Shown here piece after piece: positions 35,833 through 38,459 of a DNA stretch of 38,459 nt. The number at the start of each line of letters is the position of its first letter. Position 1 is the first letter of the stretch. The notes under the pieces are model-generated. The model saw only the letters and a list, made by a program, of their open reading frames with translations. It ran no database searches and was not told where the DNA came from. The stretch is from the NCBI GenBank assembly GCA_012838515.1, contig DUPA01000012.1, forward strand, positions 1 to 38,459, written 5' to 3'. Source of the stretch: Natronincola sp. (GTDB lineage: Bacteria > Bacillota > Limnochordia > Darwinibacteriales > Darwinibacteriaceae). The translations under genes were made by a program, and so were the position numbers.

Positions 35833-35889
35833 CTGCTAATTAGTTTTCTTGATTAATCTAGAAATTCCTGTTTCATAGAAAATTGTGCT

Positions 35890-35917
35890 AAAACAAAACC
35901 GAGGGCTGCTCCCTCGG
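35890..35917 (-). terminator. Rho-independent terminator immediately after the fusion gene
   Basis: The minus strand reads CCGAGGG-AGCAG-CCCTCGG followed by TTTTGTTTT, starting at the nt after the TAA at 35918-35920. Confidence 0.65.
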
Positions 35918-38459
35918 TTATGCGCTACATTCTTTTCTAAGGGCCTTCACCCTATCCCAAGTTTCTGCAGGTAAAGGTCGATCAAAATTTCTATAACCAG
36001 CAAGCTCAAACCCTTGCTTGCTCGCTAATTTACGAACATATTCCAAATGCTCCAAACTTAAATCAGCCCCGATACTAATGTGCTTGTAATGCTTATCTAG
36101 GGCAAGCATTATTGTCTCGGACATACAAGCAAATGCTTCACCCTTTTCAAACCCGAAATTCCATCCTAAATCAGGCTTATTAGGTAAGGCAACGACACCC
36201 CCATCAATAACTAATACGTCCGGTCTTTTACTTAAAACCTGTTTGCTCACATTACTCGGTCTAGACATATCACACACGATTGCACCTAGCTTTAAGGTTT
36301 CGGGGGTAATCAGCACCTCAGAGCTACTTGTTGCCGTCATAATTACATCTGCACTTGGTAGGTATTTTTCAGTGTTTACGGTGATTGAAATGGGTGCACC
36401 CCGGTCCAGCAGATTCTTTGCATATTCTATCCAGGATTTCAGATCAATATCTTCCGACGGAAAACAGGTAAGCTTAGATACATAATCCCCGAGACTACCG
36501 GGGGAAAAGACCTTTCCTCGATCGCCTAATTCACGAAGGTGTTTGATCATATCAACTACGACTTTAAGAATCCTATACTCACTTTTTTCTTGTCTTGCGG
36601 GATTGCCAATTAAAATCAACTTTTGCACTTGTTCACTCAAAAGTAAAGCCAATGCTTTACCAACTGCTCCGCCGGCACCGACAACTGCCGCCGTCACAGT
36701 ATTAAGATCCATACCGATTCGCTGTGCGGCATCTAAAATGGCCTCAACACCTGTGACAACAGTATAACTATTACCTGTAGTAAGTGCCACATTGGTGTGG
36801 GGTAACAATGAACGACCACCCATGGTAACAACAGATGTATAGGCACCTAAACCTACTATTTTAGCACCTCTGTCTTCGGCAAGTCGAATGGCGGCGGCTA
36901 TTTCTTCAATGGCCTCTGCCTTCGATAACTCCCGTAACTGATCTGCGGTTTTAGGTACGCAAATGAATTCTCCATAGGCGCTTTGACCATTATTGTCAAT
37001 TATTCTGCTGCCGCTTACTACAAAAGGCTCCACTAGATCATTCCAACGAGAGCTCAAATCTGCGAGCTGATCTTCAGTTAAGTTTTTTAGACTCTCGTCA
37101 AACTCAGTGTAATTTTGCAAATCAACAGGATGAACCAAAAAGGCAAAACGACCATCATTTTTCTCAGGCGTATCATTAATTGTTTCTGTCATTCTGCTTT
37201 GTTGTCCCGGGAAAGATTTGCGACTATAGCCCACAAGGTGCCCTAAGAATGAGGCGGTATCGCGGCATTCCAATTGTTCAATGGTGCTTTTAATTGCTTT
37301 ACTTACATTTTCAATTTGTTCATCATTAATAATCAAAGGCGGTTCAATCCTTATGACGCCGGCACCATTAAGGGTTGGTGCCACCCTAACCTTTTCTACA
37401 TTTAATAAATAAGATGACACCATGGGCGTAAGCATCTCTTGCTCGGCCATGACGCCGAGAAGGCTATTGGGATAAGCATCCTTGCAATTATTAAACTCAA
37501 TGCCGAGCATCAAACCTTGGCCACGTACTCCTTTGATGATTGTGGGATGTTCTAAGGCAATTTGCTGTAAAGCACACTTCAACTTATCCCCTTTGTCAGC
37601 AATTTCCTTGACCAAAGAGGAATTATTTTCCGTTAGTAATTGCACTACCGCCAATCCTACGCGACAGGCAAGTGTGTTTCCTGCGAAAGTTGAGGAATGC
37701 TTCATGGCGAATTCTTCTGTATATACTTCATCTTTACACAAAACTGCACCAATGGGAAACAAACCGCCCCCCAGCGCTTTGGCGAGGACAAGAACATCGG
37801 GGGTAACATCTTCCTTTTCACAAGCAAACATGGTACCGGTTCTTCCGAGACCCGTTTGTATTTCATCGAAAATTGTAAGAACCCCATGTCTACCGCACAG
37901 ATCTTGAACGTCTTTCAGATAGCCATGATATGCTTCGACAATGCCGCCCTCGCCTTGTATTGGTTCCACAATGAAAGCTGCCGTTTCAGTGGCTTTTTCC
38001 TCAAGATAAACCCTTAATGCATCAATGTCGCCAAAGGGAATATGGTAAAATCCGTCGACGGGGGCCCCGAAAACCTCTTGATAATCTTTGTTGCCTGTCG
38101 CGGAAAGGGCTCCTAAAGTTTTACCATGAAAACTATTCTTAGTTGCCAAGATTGAATGTTTACCTGTTTTAGCACGAGAAAGCTTCAGTGCAGCTTCAAC
38201 AGCTTCTGCACCGCTATTGGCAAATGTAACATTTTTTAGCCCCTTAGGTGCAATGGCAATAAGGCGTGCTCCTAAATCACCGGCGGCCTCCAAAAGCGAT
38301 GGTTGAATAAAACTAGGTTCTTGATTTAGCTCAACATTATGTAAAGCGCCCCAAATCTCCGGTGGATTATAACCGAAGGGCAATGCACCATAGGCTGCTA
38401 TGCAGTCAAGATATTCTTGACCCTCAACGTCATACAAATAACATCCCAATCCACGCTTA
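35918..38459 (-). CDS. Fusion protein: class-III PLP aminotransferase (N-terminal) + acyl-ACP-reductase-like NAD(P)-binding domain (C-terminal); 5' end outside the window
   Basis: The frame stays open to the window edge (..KRG upstream of the track's TTG), so the N-terminus is missing. Aminotransferase motifs are FDEIQTGLGRTG and DVLVLAKALGGG (Lys codon 37778-37780). After a linker (~37150-37210) come FAFLVHP, GLGAYTSVV, TTGNSYT, VVGAGGAVG (~36660-36700) and FACMSE (Cys codon 36125-36127). These parallel FGLIGHL, ALGGFTSII, TTGNTHT, VVGATGDIG and FACFAE of cyanobacterial AAR as I recall it. Confidence 0.8.
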   Translation of the reverse strand, partial: KRGLGCYLYDVEGQEYLDCIAAYGALPFGYNPPEIWGALHNVELNQEPSFIQPSLLEAAGDLGARLIAIAPKGLKNVTFANSGAEAVEAALKLSRAKTGKHSILATKNSFHGKTLGALSATGNKDYQEVFGAPVDGFYHIPFGDIDALRVYLEEKATETAAFIVEPIQGEGGIVEAYHGYLKDVQDLCGRHGVLTIFDEIQTGLGRTGTMFACEKEDVTPDVLVLAKALGGGLFPIGAVLCKDEVYTEEFAMKHSSTFAGNTLACRVGLAVVQLLTENNSSLVKEIADKGDKLKCALQQIALEHPTIIKGVRGQGLMLGIEFNNCKDAYPNSLLGVMAEQEMLTPMVSSYLLNVEKVRVAPTLNGAGVIRIEPPLIINDEQIENVSKAIKSTIEQLECRDTASFLGHLVGYSRKSFPGQQSRMTETINDTPEKNDGRFAFLVHPVDLQNYTEFDESLKNLTEDQLADLSSRWNDLVEPFVVSGSRIIDNNGQSAYGEFICVPKTADQLRELSKAEAIEEIAAAIRLAEDRGAKIVGLGAYTSVVTMGGRSLLPHTNVALTTGNSYTVVTGVEAILDAAQRIGMDLNTVTAAVVGAGGAVGKALALLLSEQVQKLILIGNPARQEKSEYRILKVVVDMIKHLRELGDRGKVFSPGSLGDYVSKLTCFPSEDIDLKSWIEYAKNLLDRGAPISITVNTEKYLPSADVIMTATSSSEVLITPETLKLGAIVCDMSRPSNVSKQVLSKRPDVLVIDGGVVALPNKPDLGWNFGFEKGEAFACMSETIMLALDKHYKHISIGADLSLEHLEYVRKLASKQGFELAGYRNFDRPLPAETWDRVKALRKECSA

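Noticed and set aside
1-38459. CRISPR arrays, tRNA/rRNA genes, IS elements, integrases, prophage or skin-like insertions
   Set aside because: No direct-repeat/spacer periodicity, cloverleaf-type sequences, transposase/recombinase ORFs or terminal inverted repeats were seen. Gene content and order are those of a conserved core region.

Overview
This window looks like a core-chromosome segment from an anaerobic, endospore-forming Firmicute (Clostridia-like; exact taxon not determinable). Genes are tightly packed and almost all lie on the minus strand. Read along the minus strand, the order is: a partial aminotransferase-reductase fusion | degT-like-dapF-glpQ-hydrolase | an ORP-like NifX/MinD Fe-S cluster | (plus strand: three M42 peptidases) | DUF123 | tldD-pmbA-folT | small ArsR module | ECF S-component | sigK | yqeG-yqeH | pepP-efp | spoIIIAA-AH | accB-accC | asp23-amaP-DUF2273-nusB | tsaD-like-xseA-xseB-ispA | a ~630-nt non-coding gene | small 4-TM protein | dxs-tlyA. 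The standout feature is the 703-bp ORF-free gap at 3117-3819. It has its own extended -10 promoter. A perfect 12-nt long-range helix encloses ~631 nt containing many nested stems and G-rich repeats. It sits between ispA and a small membrane-protein gene followed by dxs and tlyA. That is the signature context of OLE (ornate, large, extremophilic) RNA and its partner OapA, a rare giant structured ncRNA/RNP whose biochemical function is still unresolved. The second item worth follow-up is the 5'-truncated gene at 35918-38459. It fuses a class-III PLP aminotransferase to a domain resembling cyanobacterial acyl-ACP reductase, which predicts an acyl-thioester -> aldehyde -> amine enzyme that I do not know to be characterised. 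No CRISPR array, tRNA, rRNA, transposase, prophage or skin element is visible. Start codons were refined by hand where an SD sequence supported it.
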